Part shown: positions 30,831-40,259 of the stretch, piece by piece
How positions within the stretch are numbered: the first letter of the stretch is position 1
How the letters are laid out: each line of letters opens with the position of its first letter
Assembly (NCBI GenBank): GCA_963793865.1
Contig: CAWCBP010000008.1
Coordinates: forward strand, 32,001-96,000
Length of the DNA: 64,000 nucleotides
Reading direction: 5' to 3'
Source: an uncultured delta proteobacterium
GTDB lineage: Bacteria; Desulfobacterota; WTBG01
Made by a program: the position numbers and the translations under genes
The notes under the pieces: model-generated
What the model saw: only the letters and a program-made list of their open reading frames with translations
Told to the model about the DNA's origin: nothing
Database searches by the model: none

Positions 30831-31589
30831 GTGGAACTGAGACACATAACCAGCTATCTTGACAACTTCCTCGCCATTGCGGAATACAGCGACGATTCGC
30901 TCAACGGGCTTCAGGTAGAGAACAGCGGGAAGATCACAAAAATCGGCCTGGCGGTTGATGCCTGCCAGGAGGCCATAGGGAAGGCAAGGGATGCGGGCTG
31001 CAACCTGCTCATTGTGCACCATGGCCTTTTGTGGGGGAAGCAGCAGCCCCTCAGGTATCATTATTATGAGCGCGTCAGGTCTTTGATTATGGCCGACATG
31101 GCGCTCTATGCGGCCCATTTGCCTCTCGACGGCCACCCCGATGTGGGCCACAACATCCGGATTGCCCGCGCAATGGATTTGCAGCCGTTAGAGCCGTTTG
31201 TGCACTACTCCGGCAGTCCCCTGGGCATAAAGGGCAGGCTGCATAAGGCCCGGGCATGTGACCAGGTGTGCCATGAAGTTAAAGAGGTGATCGGAGGCTG
31301 CAGCGCTTTGATCACCTGCGGGCCGGCCATGATTTCCTCGGTTGCGATCGTTTCGGGATCTGCCACCTTTCCGGAACTGCTCTGGGAACTCAAGCGCCAG
31401 GAAATAGACCTGTACATCACCGGTGAGCCGAAGCATGGGGCGTACCATCTTGCCCGGGAGCTTGGCCTTAATATATTTTACGGCGGGCATTACCGGACCG
31501 AGACATTCGGCATGAAGGCCCTGGGAGAGCACCTGGAAGAAAAAATCGGCATCCCCTGGGAGTTTATCGACGCCCCCTGCGCGCTATAA
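30831..31589 (+). CDS. Nif3-like dinuclear metal-centre protein (YbgI/DUF34)
   Basis: NGLQVE, VHHG, HLPLDGHP, YITGE, GHYRTE; start 30831 or 30816. Confidence 0.93.
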   Translation: MELRHITSYLDNFLAIAEYSDDSLNGLQVENSGKITKIGLAVDACQEAIGKARDAGCNLLIVHHGLLWGKQQPLRYHYYERVRSLIMADMALYAAHLPLDGHPDVGHNIRIARAMDLQPLEPFVHYSGSPLGIKGRLHKARACDQVCHEVKEVIGGCSALITCGPAMISSVAIVSGSATFPELLWELKRQEIDLYITGEPKHGAYHLARELGLNIFYGGHYRTETFGMKALGEHLEEKIGIPWEFIDAPCAL

Positions 31590-31602
31590 ATGCCAGGTTG
31601 TG

Positions 31603-31652
31603 GTGGGAGCGGCTTTAAGCCGCGAATGCATCGCGCCTAAAGGCGCTCCTAC
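31603..31652. repeat. REP doublet, family B
   Basis: GTGGGAGCGGCTTTAAGCCGCGAATGCATCGCGCCTAAAGGCGCTCCTAC; similarity to the 17087 copy extends about 25 bp downstream. Confidence 0.8.
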
Positions 31653-31718
31653 CAAAATTTCCAATATGTTTGGCTGGTAGTTTTAAAAAATCAGTTTAAA
31701 GCTATTCAGGATAGTTGA

Positions 31719-33257
31719 ATGAATGTTGGGCAGTTATTAAGCGAAACAGCTTCAAGCGTCCCCGGCAAGACAGCGGTGATTTTCAAGGAAGAGAAGATTA
31801 CCTATGCTGACCTGGAGCTGATGGCTACCAGGCTGGCGAACAAGCTGCGGGTCTGCGGGGTAATCCAGGGAGACCGGGTGGCCATCGTGTTGCCCAATTC
31901 TTCGCAGTGGGTGGTATCCTATCTGGCCGTGATGAAACTTGGCGCCGTTGCTGTGCCGCTTGATTTCAGATTCAAGGAGGAGGAGCTGGTTCCCATTTTC
32001 CGTGACGCGCAGGTACGGATGATAGTCACCAGCAGCCAGCATCCTTCGTACCGCGCTTTTTCATCAGCCGAGGGCATTGAAGCGGTGGTGGTAACCGGGG
32101 GAGAGGAGGGTGATGGGTCTATTTCCTATGAGGAAATCATGGCCGACGCAACCCTGTCGGCAGCCATACGGGTTGATATAGCAGAGGAGGAAGACGCCCT
32201 TTATCTCTATACCTCGGGAACTACCGGCAAGCCGAAGGGCGTGGTGCTCAATTTCGCCAATCTTGATCTTTTCCCCGAAGCCATGGGTGAGATTCTGAAA
32301 ATGTCCTCTGATGTGGTCATGGGCTGCCTGCTTCCCATGTCCCACATAACCGGGCCGATTCTTTGCAATGAATTGCTGGTACGGGGAAGCACCCTTTTTA
32401 TTTTTGACCAGTTGCGGCCGGATAAAATACTTGCCGCGGTGGAAAAATACCGGGTGTATTTTTTCCACAGCGTTCCACCGATCTTTGAGGCGCTTATCAA
32501 TGTTCCCCACCGGGACCGGTTTGATGTCAGCAGCCTTCAGTTTGTGGCCATGATGGGCACTTCCGTTCCCCTGCCGCTGATTCTGAACTTCAGGCGGGTT
32601 TTCCCCTCGGTGGCCGTTATCCAGGGATACGGCCTTACCGAAACATCCCCGTTTATTACCCTGCTGCCGATAGAATATCATGAGAAGAAGATGGGCAGCA
32701 TCGGCCGGGCGGTGCCGCACGCGGAGATACGGATCATCGATGAAAGCGGCAAGGAGGTGCCTGAGGGGGAAGCCGGTGAGCTGATCGTGCGGGGGCCCAT
32801 GCTGATGAAAGGATATCATGGCAACGCCCAGGCAACCCGTGAGCGCATTAAAAACGGCTGGCTTTATACCGGTGATATATGCAGAAAAGATGCGGACGGC
32901 TTTTACTATCACCTCGGCCGCAAGGACGATATGATTATTGTCGGCGGCTTGAATGTGTACCCTGAGGAAGTTGAGCAGGTCCTCACCGCGCATCCCGGCG
33001 TGAAAGAAGTGGGGGTCGTGGGTATGCCGGACAGTGACCGGGGGCAGGTCATCAAGGCGGTTCTGGTGGTGAAACCGGGGAGCTCGCTTACCAAAAAGGA
33101 AGTAACCGCCTATTGCAATCAGAGGCTGGCCAGCTTTAAGGTTCCCAGGGTCATTGAATTTGCCGATGAGCTTCCCAAAAGCAGCACCGGCAAGGTTGCG
33201 CGACGATTGCTCATATCCATCGGCAGCGAACCTGAGCGCCACAGTGTTCCATCATGA
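31719..33257 (+). CDS. Acyl-CoA synthetase (AMP-forming, long-chain fatty acid-CoA ligase-like)
   Basis: YTSGTTGKPKG, QGYGLTE, YTGD, GRKDDMI, PKSSTGK. Confidence 0.92.
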   Translation: MNVGQLLSETASSVPGKTAVIFKEEKITYADLELMATRLANKLRVCGVIQGDRVAIVLPNSSQWVVSYLAVMKLGAVAVPLDFRFKEEELVPIFRDAQVRMIVTSSQHPSYRAFSSAEGIEAVVVTGGEEGDGSISYEEIMADATLSAAIRVDIAEEEDALYLYTSGTTGKPKGVVLNFANLDLFPEAMGEILKMSSDVVMGCLLPMSHITGPILCNELLVRGSTLFIFDQLRPDKILAAVEKYRVYFFHSVPPIFEALINVPHRDRFDVSSLQFVAMMGTSVPLPLILNFRRVFPSVAVIQGYGLTETSPFITLLPIEYHEKKMGSIGRAVPHAEIRIIDESGKEVPEGEAGELIVRGPMLMKGYHGNAQATRERIKNGWLYTGDICRKDADGFYYHLGRKDDMIIVGGLNVYPEEVEQVLTAHPGVKEVGVVGMPDSDRGQVIKAVLVVKPGSSLTKKEVTAYCNQRLASFKVPRVIEFADELPKSSTGKVARRLLISIGSEPERHSVPS

Positions 33258-34009
33258 AGAAAATACCTTTTACTGAGATAAGGGGAAGCATAGCGGAGTA
33301 CGTACGATTTGCCACCAGCCCCTCTCGACCCTTCTTCAGCACGGAGATACATGCGATCGAGCTGGAGCGGTATCGTGCCGGGCATGAGGGCATCACCTAC
33401 ACGCCGCTCCTGATGAAGATCATCGCGGCGGCTTCCCGGAAATATCCGTTGATGAATGCCATCCGGGCGCGGGGTTTTTTTAAGGATACCATTGTTGTCC
33501 CCGATGAGGTGGATATCTGTTTTGCCATGGAGAAGACCTACGGGGGAGAAACCTTTGTCGCCATACCTGTCATTCGTGACGTGGGGGCCAAGTCCATCGA
33601 AGCCATTGCCTCTGAAATCGTGATGCTGTCCCGGCTTTCTTATGAAGAAATGCCCGGCATCGATATGGTCTTCAAGTTCCACGGCCTTCCCTATTGCCTT
33701 AAGTATGCATGCCTCCGGCTCATCTGCCGTTCTCCCCGTCACTTTAAGAACTTCTTCGGCACCATAGGATTCAGCAATCTGGGCAGATTCGGTGTCCAGA
33801 TTGCCTCCCCCACCTGGATCAATGCGGTTACATTTGTCATCGGTTCGGTTACGGAAAAGGCAGGAGTAGTCGATGGTGCAATCGGAAGAATGCCACTGCT
33901 CCATATTACCATGAGCTTTGACCACGCCATTTTTGACGGCGCGGAGGCGGGTCGGATACTCAGCGAGGTAAGGGATATTATTGAAAAGGGAAGTTACGAG
34001 TCCCTCTAG
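33254..34009 (+). CDS. Standalone 2-oxoacid dehydrogenase E2-type acyltransferase catalytic domain
   Basis: YPLMNA, GTIGFSNLG, SFDHAIFDG; no lipoyl domain; ATGA overlap with the ligase. Confidence 0.8.
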   Translation: MKKIPFTEIRGSIAEYVRFATSPSRPFFSTEIHAIELERYRAGHEGITYTPLLMKIIAAASRKYPLMNAIRARGFFKDTIVVPDEVDICFAMEKTYGGETFVAIPVIRDVGAKSIEAIASEIVMLSRLSYEEMPGIDMVFKFHGLPYCLKYACLRLICRSPRHFKNFFGTIGFSNLGRFGVQIASPTWINAVTFVIGSVTEKAGVVDGAIGRMPLLHITMSFDHAIFDGAEAGRILSEVRDIIEKGSYESL

Positions 34010-34029
34010 CAAACATTAAAAGGTGTGCC

Positions 34030-35058
34030 ATGCGCGTTGCCATGTATTACAGCAATCGGGATATTCGTGTCGAAGAGATGCCGGCGCCGGAACCAGGACC
34101 AGGAGAACTCCTGGTGAAGGTGTGGGCAAGCGGCATCTGCGGCAGCGATGTGATGGAATGGTACCGGATTCACAAGGCGCCTTTAGTGCTTGGTCATGAA
34201 ATCGCGGGGGAGATTGCCGGGGTCGGGCAAGGGGTAAAGGGATTCGCACCGGGAGACCGCATTTCCGCTTCCCATCACGTTCCCTGCAATACCTGCTACT
34301 ATTGTCTCGGGGGTCACGACACCGCCTGTGAAACCCTTCACACCACCAATTTTTATCCCGGCGGGTTTGCCGAGTTCGTGAGGCTGCCGGCACTCAATGT
34401 GGACCGGGGTGTATACCGTCTGCCCGATTCGGTTTCCTATGAGGATGCCACATTTATTGAGCCGCTTGCCTGCGTGGTGCGGGCCCAGCGTCGTGCCCGT
34501 GTTGAGCCGGGAAAAACTGTTCTTGTTCTGGGGAGCGGCATCAGCGGGTTGCTGCACATTCATCTGGCCCGGGCCCTTGGCGCGGCCAGGATAGTTGCGA
34601 CTGACATTGATACATACCGTCTGGATGCTGCGCGGCGGTTTGGCGCTGACCATGCTATTTCGGCCAATGAGGACGTTTCAGCGCGGCTGAAAGAGATAAA
34701 TGATGGCAGGCTTGCTGACTGTGTTATCGTCTGCACGGGAGCTGTCCCGGCATTGCAGCAGGCGCTTGCGTCGGCGGATCGGGGCGGGACAGTGCTGTTC
34801 TTTGCCCCCACTGACCGGGACGTTACCATCCCGCTTTCCATAAACCAGGTTTTCTGGAGGAATGATGTCACCCTCACCACCTCCTATGCCGGTGATCGCG
34901 CGGACCATCTGACCGCTTTGAAACTAATTCAGACACAGCGGGTACACGTCGCTGACATGATTACCCATCGCCTGAGCCTTTCAGAAACGGTGCGTGGATT
35001 TGAACTGGTCGCGCAGGGCCGCAATTCCATAAAGGTGGTAATTGAACCACAGCGGTAG
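34030..35058 (+). CDS. Zn-dependent alcohol/polyol dehydrogenase (MDR)
   Basis: GICGSD, GHE, CNTCYYC...C, GSGISG. Confidence 0.92.
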   Translation: MRVAMYYSNRDIRVEEMPAPEPGPGELLVKVWASGICGSDVMEWYRIHKAPLVLGHEIAGEIAGVGQGVKGFAPGDRISASHHVPCNTCYYCLGGHDTACETLHTTNFYPGGFAEFVRLPALNVDRGVYRLPDSVSYEDATFIEPLACVVRAQRRARVEPGKTVLVLGSGISGLLHIHLARALGAARIVATDIDTYRLDAARRFGADHAISANEDVSARLKEINDGRLADCVIVCTGAVPALQQALASADRGGTVLFFAPTDRDVTIPLSINQVFWRNDVTLTTSYAGDRADHLTALKLIQTQRVHVADMITHRLSLSETVRGFELVAQGRNSIKVVIEPQR

Positions 35059-35062
35059 GGGC

Positions 35063-35415
35063 GATTGGGATGTGGGATATGGGATGGATCTCGGATGAGA
35101 CGAATCGAAGCACGAAATTCAGGAGACAGAATTCAAATGGCCAAAATTCAAAAGGAGACAAACGTAAATCGGTAGGAGCGGCTTTGAGCCGCGAATGATA
35201 AGACAGGGGTCAGGAGCAGTGGTTCTCCATAACTCCAGTACTCACAATACTCCAATGATCCTTGCATCGCACATCTCAGATCACAGGTCCTGTATCCTGC
35301 ATCATGAATCATTTGTTGTGCAACGTGCAAACCTGCAACCTGTAACTTGCAACTGCAGCTTGAATCCTGTATCTTGTATCATGCATCGTTTGCTGTATAA
35401 CCTGTAACCTGCAAG
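35063..35415. repeat. Mosaic intergenic short-tandem-repeat region with a REP copy (35172-35197)
   Basis: Runs of GGGAT[GA]T, TACTCCA[AG], ACCTG[CT]A and TC[CTA]TG[CT]A units. Confidence 0.65.
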
Positions 35416-35427
35416 GAGGCTACCATA

Positions 35428-36246
35428 ATGGATTGGGGAATGCAGAATCGTTTATCACAGATAATTAAACCGGAGTCCGGCCACACCGTCATGCTGGCCG
35501 TTGATCATGGCTATTTCCAGGGGCCGACCAGCGGTCTGGAGGAACCGGGAAAAACCATAGCGCCGCTTCTTCCTCTTGCCGATGCTTTGATGCCCACCCG
35601 GGGTGTGCTTCGTGAATGTGTGGACCCGCACACCGGAACCGCCATTGTGCTCAGGGTATCGGGGGGCAACAGCATGGCCCGTTCCGATGAACTTTCTGAT
35701 GAGGTTATTACCACCTCGGTGGAAGACGCAGTCCGCCTTAACGTTGCCGCGGTGGCGGTATCCATCTATGTCGGATCTCCCCACCAGAAGCAGACCCTGC
35801 AGAATCTCTCGGACGTGGTCAATGAGGCTATGCGCTATGCCATGCCGGTCCTGGCAGTGACCGCGGTGGGAAAGGATATGGTTCGTGACAACAGGTACCT
35901 GGGTTTAAGCTGCAGGATAGCCGCCGAGCTTGGCGCATCCATGGTTAAAACGTACTACTGCGAAGGGTTTGATGAAGTGGTAAGGGGATGCCCGGTTCCC
36001 ATCGTTATGGCGGGTGGAAAGAAGCTTCCGGAAAAGGATGCGCTGACCCTTACCTACCAGGCCATGCAGGGGGGCGCCAAGGGAGTGGACATGGGCAGGA
36101 ATATCTTCCGCTCGGATGATCCGGTTGCCATGATCAAGGCGGTACGGGCCATCGTGCATGAGAATGCCTCGGTAAGTGAGGCGTACGCGCAGTTTCAGCA
36201 GGAGTCGGGCAAGACGAAGCAGAAAGGATCCCGCGCGAAAAAATAG
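35428..36246 (+). CDS. lsrF: 3-hydroxy-5-phosphonooxypentane-2,4-dione thiolase (LsrF/DhnA family)
   Basis: MDWGMQNRL, MLAVDHGYFQGPT, VKTYY, PIVMAGGKK, GVDMGRNIF. Confidence 0.88.
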   Translation: MDWGMQNRLSQIIKPESGHTVMLAVDHGYFQGPTSGLEEPGKTIAPLLPLADALMPTRGVLRECVDPHTGTAIVLRVSGGNSMARSDELSDEVITTSVEDAVRLNVAAVAVSIYVGSPHQKQTLQNLSDVVNEAMRYAMPVLAVTAVGKDMVRDNRYLGLSCRIAAELGASMVKTYYCEGFDEVVRGCPVPIVMAGGKKLPEKDALTLTYQAMQGGAKGVDMGRNIFRSDDPVAMIKAVRAIVHENASVSEAYAQFQQESGKTKQKGSRAKK

Positions 36247-36284
36247 GGGTTACTTGTTATTAATGTGAACATAAATTCAGGATA

Positions 36285-36322
36285 CCCCCTCACCCTAACC
36301 CTCTCCCCCGGTGGGGAGAGGG
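36285..36322. repeat. CCCCTCACCCTAACCCTCTCCC...GGGAGAGGG palindromic repeat
   Basis: Hairpin; partial reverse copy at 30532-30557. Confidence 0.7.
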
Positions 36323-36374
36323 AAACCTGTGGTTTGTGACCCAATGGGGCAGGGGGAATTAGAAAATAAAACAT

Positions 36375-36439
36375 ATGGAGGGACGCACTCCGTTGCGTCC
36401 GCCTATAATAAACGGCCACGACAGAGCGTGGCCCTCCAT
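36375..36439. repeat. REP-like doublet with TGGAGGG feet
   Basis: ATGGAGGG...CCCTCCAT ends with two internal hairpins; degenerate relative near 28190-28212. Confidence 0.6.
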
Positions 36440-36526
36440 TTCTCTTTCTGTTGCTGCTTTACGAACAGAGCATGGGATTGCTTCGTCGGCTTCGCGCCTC
36501 CTCGCAACGACGTTGTAAAACGTTAC

Positions 36527-36871
36527 CTACTCGGCATCCCCGCTCCCTGAGTTCTTCTTTTTTTCCATAGCTTCTTCAACCACCTGCTCGACATCGTCTC
36601 CCAGGTCTTCCCCCATTTCTTTGCTCATCTTTTTCATCCACCGGGCAACGCTTTGCGGGTCATTTTCATCAAAGCCTGAGAGCTTCGAAGGATCGGCGAG
36701 CGACTCCAGGCGGCTCTCATCCGATTTCATGACCCGCACCCGCGATATGAGGCGGTCCAGTTCCCGGCTTTGACAGTGGGGACAGCAGACGGTTTCAGCG
36801 CTTCCGGTGGTGAGATGAATGTGCTCAAATTTTTTCCGGCACTGCCGGCAGCGGTATTCATAGATGGGCAT
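36527..36871 (-). CDS. FmdB-family zinc-ribbon protein
   Basis: MPIYEYRCRQC...CPHC. Confidence 0.88.
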   Translation of the reverse strand: MPIYEYRCRQCRKKFEHIHLTTGSAETVCCPHCQSRELDRLISRVRVMKSDESRLESLADPSKLSGFDENDPQSVARWMKKMSKEMGEDLGDDVEQVVEEAMEKKKNSGSGDAE

Positions 36872-36907
36872 GGACGGACACCTCTTTTGCATTCGAATAT
36901 TGGGGGT

Positions 36908-37444
36908 TCATCTCTTTCTCTTGTACAGTCCGATAATCTCGGCGGAGGCGAGCTGGTTTTCCTTGACCTTTTTCAGGAAATCCTTTTTGCTCACGGCCCC
37001 CAGGTCACTCACCTTTAAGGCATGGATGGTGAAAAAGTAGCGGTGTGTTCCCGAGGGCGGGCAGGGGCCGCCGTACGGCTTTTTACCGAAATCATTTGCC
37101 ACCTCCTGCGCCCCCGCCGGCAGCGGCCCCCCCTGCGGCAATTCAGATGCGTTTGCGGGAATATTGTAGATGAGCCAGTGGATGAAGTCCCCCATGGGGG
37201 CATCGGGGTCAATGCAGGTGAGGGCAAAACTTTTAGTGCCTTCCGGCGCTCCTGACCAGGCGAGGTGCGGAGAGATGTCTTTACCGTCACAAGTATGGAT
37301 GGACGGTATGGGCTGATTGTGTTGAAAGTCTTTGCTGGTAATATCCATGGCGTACCCTCCGCTGATACAGAAAAGGGTGATCATGAAAGCGTTGATGAAG
37401 CAGAAGCAATGCTTCCTTGGACTGACAGCACTCCTTTTGTTCAT
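36908..37444 (-). CDS. YbhB/YbcL (PEBP/RKIP-like) protein
   Basis: DPDAP, FIHW, YGGPCPP, HRYFF; possible signal peptide from 37444, alternative start 37348. Confidence 0.9.
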   Translation of the reverse strand: MNKRSAVSPRKHCFCFINAFMITLFCISGGYAMDITSKDFQHNQPIPSIHTCDGKDISPHLAWSGAPEGTKSFALTCIDPDAPMGDFIHWLIYNIPANASELPQGGPLPAGAQEVANDFGKKPYGGPCPPSGTHRYFFTIHALKVSDLGAVSKKDFLKKVKENQLASAEIIGLYKRKR

Positions 37445-37487
37445 GTGATCCCTCCTTTGCCCGCGGTGAGCAGGAGCCGCTCTCTCA

Positions 37488-38036
37488 TTACTTCCTTGAC
37501 CAGGTAACGTGGTACACGCCGGCGCGCAGGTCGCCGTAATTGATCTTGTCGGGGGCAATTTCAATGACCCGGTAATTAAACTCGGCGGGGAGTTTCTTCA
37601 TCCCGATTTTTCTCATGGTCTCCATCGCTTTCATCTTTTTCAGCGCATCCTTGAATCGCCGCGGATTGGTCTTCATGCTGTAGACTTTCGCCTTTCCCCA
37701 TGCCTGCACTCCCCGCGATCCCCAGAAATCTTTATTGGAATCATAGGGCGCGGCGATGGAGAATGACACCTTCTTGTTCACCTTGAGGTTGTTGAACTTC
37801 CCTCCGCCTTCCGAGAGGATGTAAAAGGTGAGACCGTGCAGGCGGTATTCAAGGGGTGTTGCGCGGGGGACGTCGTCTTTACAGGTGCAGAGGTGCAGCA
37901 CATGCTGCTCTTTGAGGAATTTGAGCAGAACAGCCTCAAATGCCTTTGCCGAGGCAAACTTCCTGAGTTTAATGTTATCTTTTTGCAACAAGCTAAGAAA
38001 ACTGGATGGGAATATGGGTTGCCGTATACGTGCCAT
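37488..38036 (-). CDS. Pyridoxamine 5'-phosphate oxidase-like FMN-binding split-barrel protein
   Basis: LHLCT..PRATP, KFNNLKVNKKVSF, GVQAWGKA. Confidence 0.75.
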   Translation of the reverse strand: MARIRQPIFPSSFLSLLQKDNIKLRKFASAKAFEAVLLKFLKEQHVLHLCTCKDDVPRATPLEYRLHGLTFYILSEGGGKFNNLKVNKKVSFSIAAPYDSNKDFWGSRGVQAWGKAKVYSMKTNPRRFKDALKKMKAMETMRKIGMKKLPAEFNYRVIEIAPDKINYGDLRAGVYHVTWSRK

Positions 38037-38072
38037 GAGATACCTCCTTTGAGTTAGAAATTATCACAATGA

Positions 38073-38360
38073 TTAATGGATCAGCGAGGGGTCCTTCGGT
38101 TCCGGGGCTTCCTGAATAATCCCGAAGGTTTTTTCATACCGTTCCAGGCTCGACTTTAAAGCCCTTACAACCCGCTTGAGATGCCCCGGACTGATGATAA
38201 CCCGGGCATTCACAATGCCCTGAGGCGGAAACGCGTTTACAAAGTCGAGAATGAACTCCTCCCGGGTGTGGGCAATAAACATGTTGTTCGCGTAAACGCC
38301 CCTTAAAACCTCATCCGTGAATTTTACCTTCATTTTAATTTGTTTTTCCTGATCAGCCAT
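38073..38360 (-). CDS. DUF3467 family protein
   Basis: GVYAN, HTREEFILDF, ARVIISPGHLKR, YEKTFG. Confidence 0.8.
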   Translation of the reverse strand: MADQEKQIKMKVKFTDEVLRGVYANNMFIAHTREEFILDFVNAFPPQGIVNARVIISPGHLKRVVRALKSSLERYEKTFGIIQEAPEPKDPSLIH

Positions 38361-38392
38361 TATTACCTCCAGGGTACAGGGGTTCCTCCCTC

Positions 38393-39280
38393 TTAGGGTT
38401 CCATGACGATGCGGAATCCGCGGGGATGACTTGGAACGACGGGAAATATAAATCCGCGAAAGGCGCAGCGCATGGTGTTTGCATCGTTGGACCATGATCC
38501 GCCCCGTATCGATCGGTCTATTCCGGAGGTTGCACCTGTGGGATTGCCGGCAGGGGAGCTTTTGTAATAGTCCGGATCAAACCAGTCCAGGCACCACTCC
38601 CAGACATTCCCTGCCATATCGTACAAGCCGTAACCGTTGGGCGGAAAACTGCCGACCGGCGCGGGATAGGCAAAGCCATCATCGATGCTTTTGTCGCTCC
38701 AGGGGAGATCGGTTTGTATGTCGGCAAAATTGCACTGGCTTCCGTCGGGAGGATCATCTCCCCAGGGATATTTTTTCCCTTCAAGCCCCCCGCGGGCCGC
38801 CTTCTCCCACTCGGCCTCGGTGGGAAGACGGTAGATTTTCCCTTCCTTCGCGGAGAGCCAGCGGCAGAACGCTTCGGCATCAGGCCAGTTTATGAACACG
38901 ACGGGATGCTTGTCTGAGGGTGCGTAGTCCTTGAGCAGCGCCCACTTATCCCATTTGTGGCCTGTTTCTTCCACAAAAGTTCTCCACTGTCCTACCGTTA
39001 CCTCTGTTTCGCCAATGTAGAAGGGATCCAGATACACCTCATGGACAGGGCCTTCGGAATCAAATCTGCCTTCTTCCGTTGACGGACTGCCCATCAAGAA
39101 ATTCCCGCCCGGGATCAATATGAGTTTTATGCCTATGGAGTTGGTAACAGTGGAAGGGTCTGTGTGCTGTGTAAAACAGCCCCCGGGTGAGAGCAGAAGT
39201 AAGAATGAGAGCGTCCATCGCGCTGCTGCTATAATCATTGATAGGCGTGCCGGCGGATAATATCTTTCAGATATGTTCAT
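38393..39280 (-). CDS. FGE-sulfatase (SUMF1)-domain protein
   Basis: FLMGS, RLPTEAEWEKAARGG, NGYGLYDMAGNVWEW, RGGSW, GFR. Confidence 0.9.
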   Translation of the reverse strand: MNISERYYPPARLSMIIAAARWTLSFLLLLSPGGCFTQHTDPSTVTNSIGIKLILIPGGNFLMGSPSTEEGRFDSEGPVHEVYLDPFYIGETEVTVGQWRTFVEETGHKWDKWALLKDYAPSDKHPVVFINWPDAEAFCRWLSAKEGKIYRLPTEAEWEKAARGGLEGKKYPWGDDPPDGSQCNFADIQTDLPWSDKSIDDGFAYPAPVGSFPPNGYGLYDMAGNVWEWCLDWFDPDYYKSSPAGNPTGATSGIDRSIRGGSWSNDANTMRCAFRGFIFPVVPSHPRGFRIVMEP

Positions 39281-39447
39281 GGCGGCAGGAGCAGCTTCAG
39301 CCGCGATCTCAGTGAGCAGGCAGAGGATCCCACCACATCACTTGCCTGTGAATAATATTAAAAAAGGGGAGATATGTAAAGCTGTAAAAAGTTGTTGCCG
39401 GGAGGAACCTGAATAACCCCGGTCTCAATGCTCAACCCGACTTGTGC

Positions 39448-39476
39448 TTGACAGGGGGAATATCCTTACCTATACT
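39448..39476 (+). promoter_or_regulatory. sigma70 promoter
   Basis: TTGACA, 17 bp spacer, TATACT. Confidence 0.72.
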
Positions 39477-39519
39477 TGCTCCGAGTTAAACGAGGGTCAT
39501 TCTACATGGAGGAAAGGAA

Positions 39520-39981
39520 ATGAAACATATACTGCGGCGCTGTTTTTTTAAGTCAATGGTGGTGTTGCTGATCTCTCTTCTGATTTCATCGGGATGTGCG
39601 TACCTGAGAGGCAACGGGAGCGAGTCGGAGGAAACAGTGGTAACGGGGGAGGAGACCGAGTCCGGATCTCTTTATTATGATTTCGGGGATGTGCCCATTC
39701 ACTCAAAACTCAAGGTGGTTAAGAAGCGATCCTTTGTGTATCATGTTCCCGGATATACGGCAGGTGTGCTCGGTCTATCAGGGCGGATCGATTCCGATAC
39801 GCTTGAAGAGTTCTTTAAGAAAAGCATGCCCAAGGACAACTGGAAGCTGGTATGTTCCTTCAAATCCCCGCGCAGCGTCCTGTTTTTCACCAAGGAGAAA
39901 AAAAGCTGCATCATCAACATGACCGAGAAACGCTTCAAAACCGAGGTGGAGATCTGGGTGGCTCCGAATATCGAGGAGTAA
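39520..39981 (+). CDS. Putative lipoprotein
   Basis: Lipobox ISSGC after a hydrophobic stretch; YYDFGDVP motif; GGAGG RBS. Confidence 0.75.
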   Translation: MKHILRRCFFKSMVVLLISLLISSGCAYLRGNGSESEETVVTGEETESGSLYYDFGDVPIHSKLKVVKKRSFVYHVPGYTAGVLGLSGRIDSDTLEEFFKKSMPKDNWKLVCSFKSPRSVLFFTKEKKSCIINMTEKRFKTEVEIWVAPNIEE

Positions 39982-40018
39982 TGTTGAGAGAACTGCTCAC
40001 TTGACCGCACTATAAAAC

Positions 40019-40054
40019 AACAATCCCCGGTGACTGCTTCCGGGGATTGTTTTG
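40019..40054 (+). terminator. Intrinsic terminator hairpin
   Basis: AACAATCCCCGG / CCGGGGATTGTT followed by T-rich tail. Confidence 0.65.
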
Positions 40055-40259
40055 TCCGCAACCGTCAAACTTTGCGTCTCAAAATGCGGAAATAGGATTT
40101 TAGCTGCAAAAGTTCTTGCTTTTTCAGCATATTTATGATTTAATATACTATAAGCGACATTATTTATTAGTTAATGAGCTTTATCTATTGAACTAAAGAA
40201 ATATTTTAGGAATAATCAAATATTAAAGCAAGCTCAAAGGTTATAGCGAGGGAAAAAAA

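Noticed and set aside
38393..39280. Catalytic formylglycine-generating enzyme
   Set aside because: Lacks the two-Cys RGGSxxCxxxxC core; only the fold is supported
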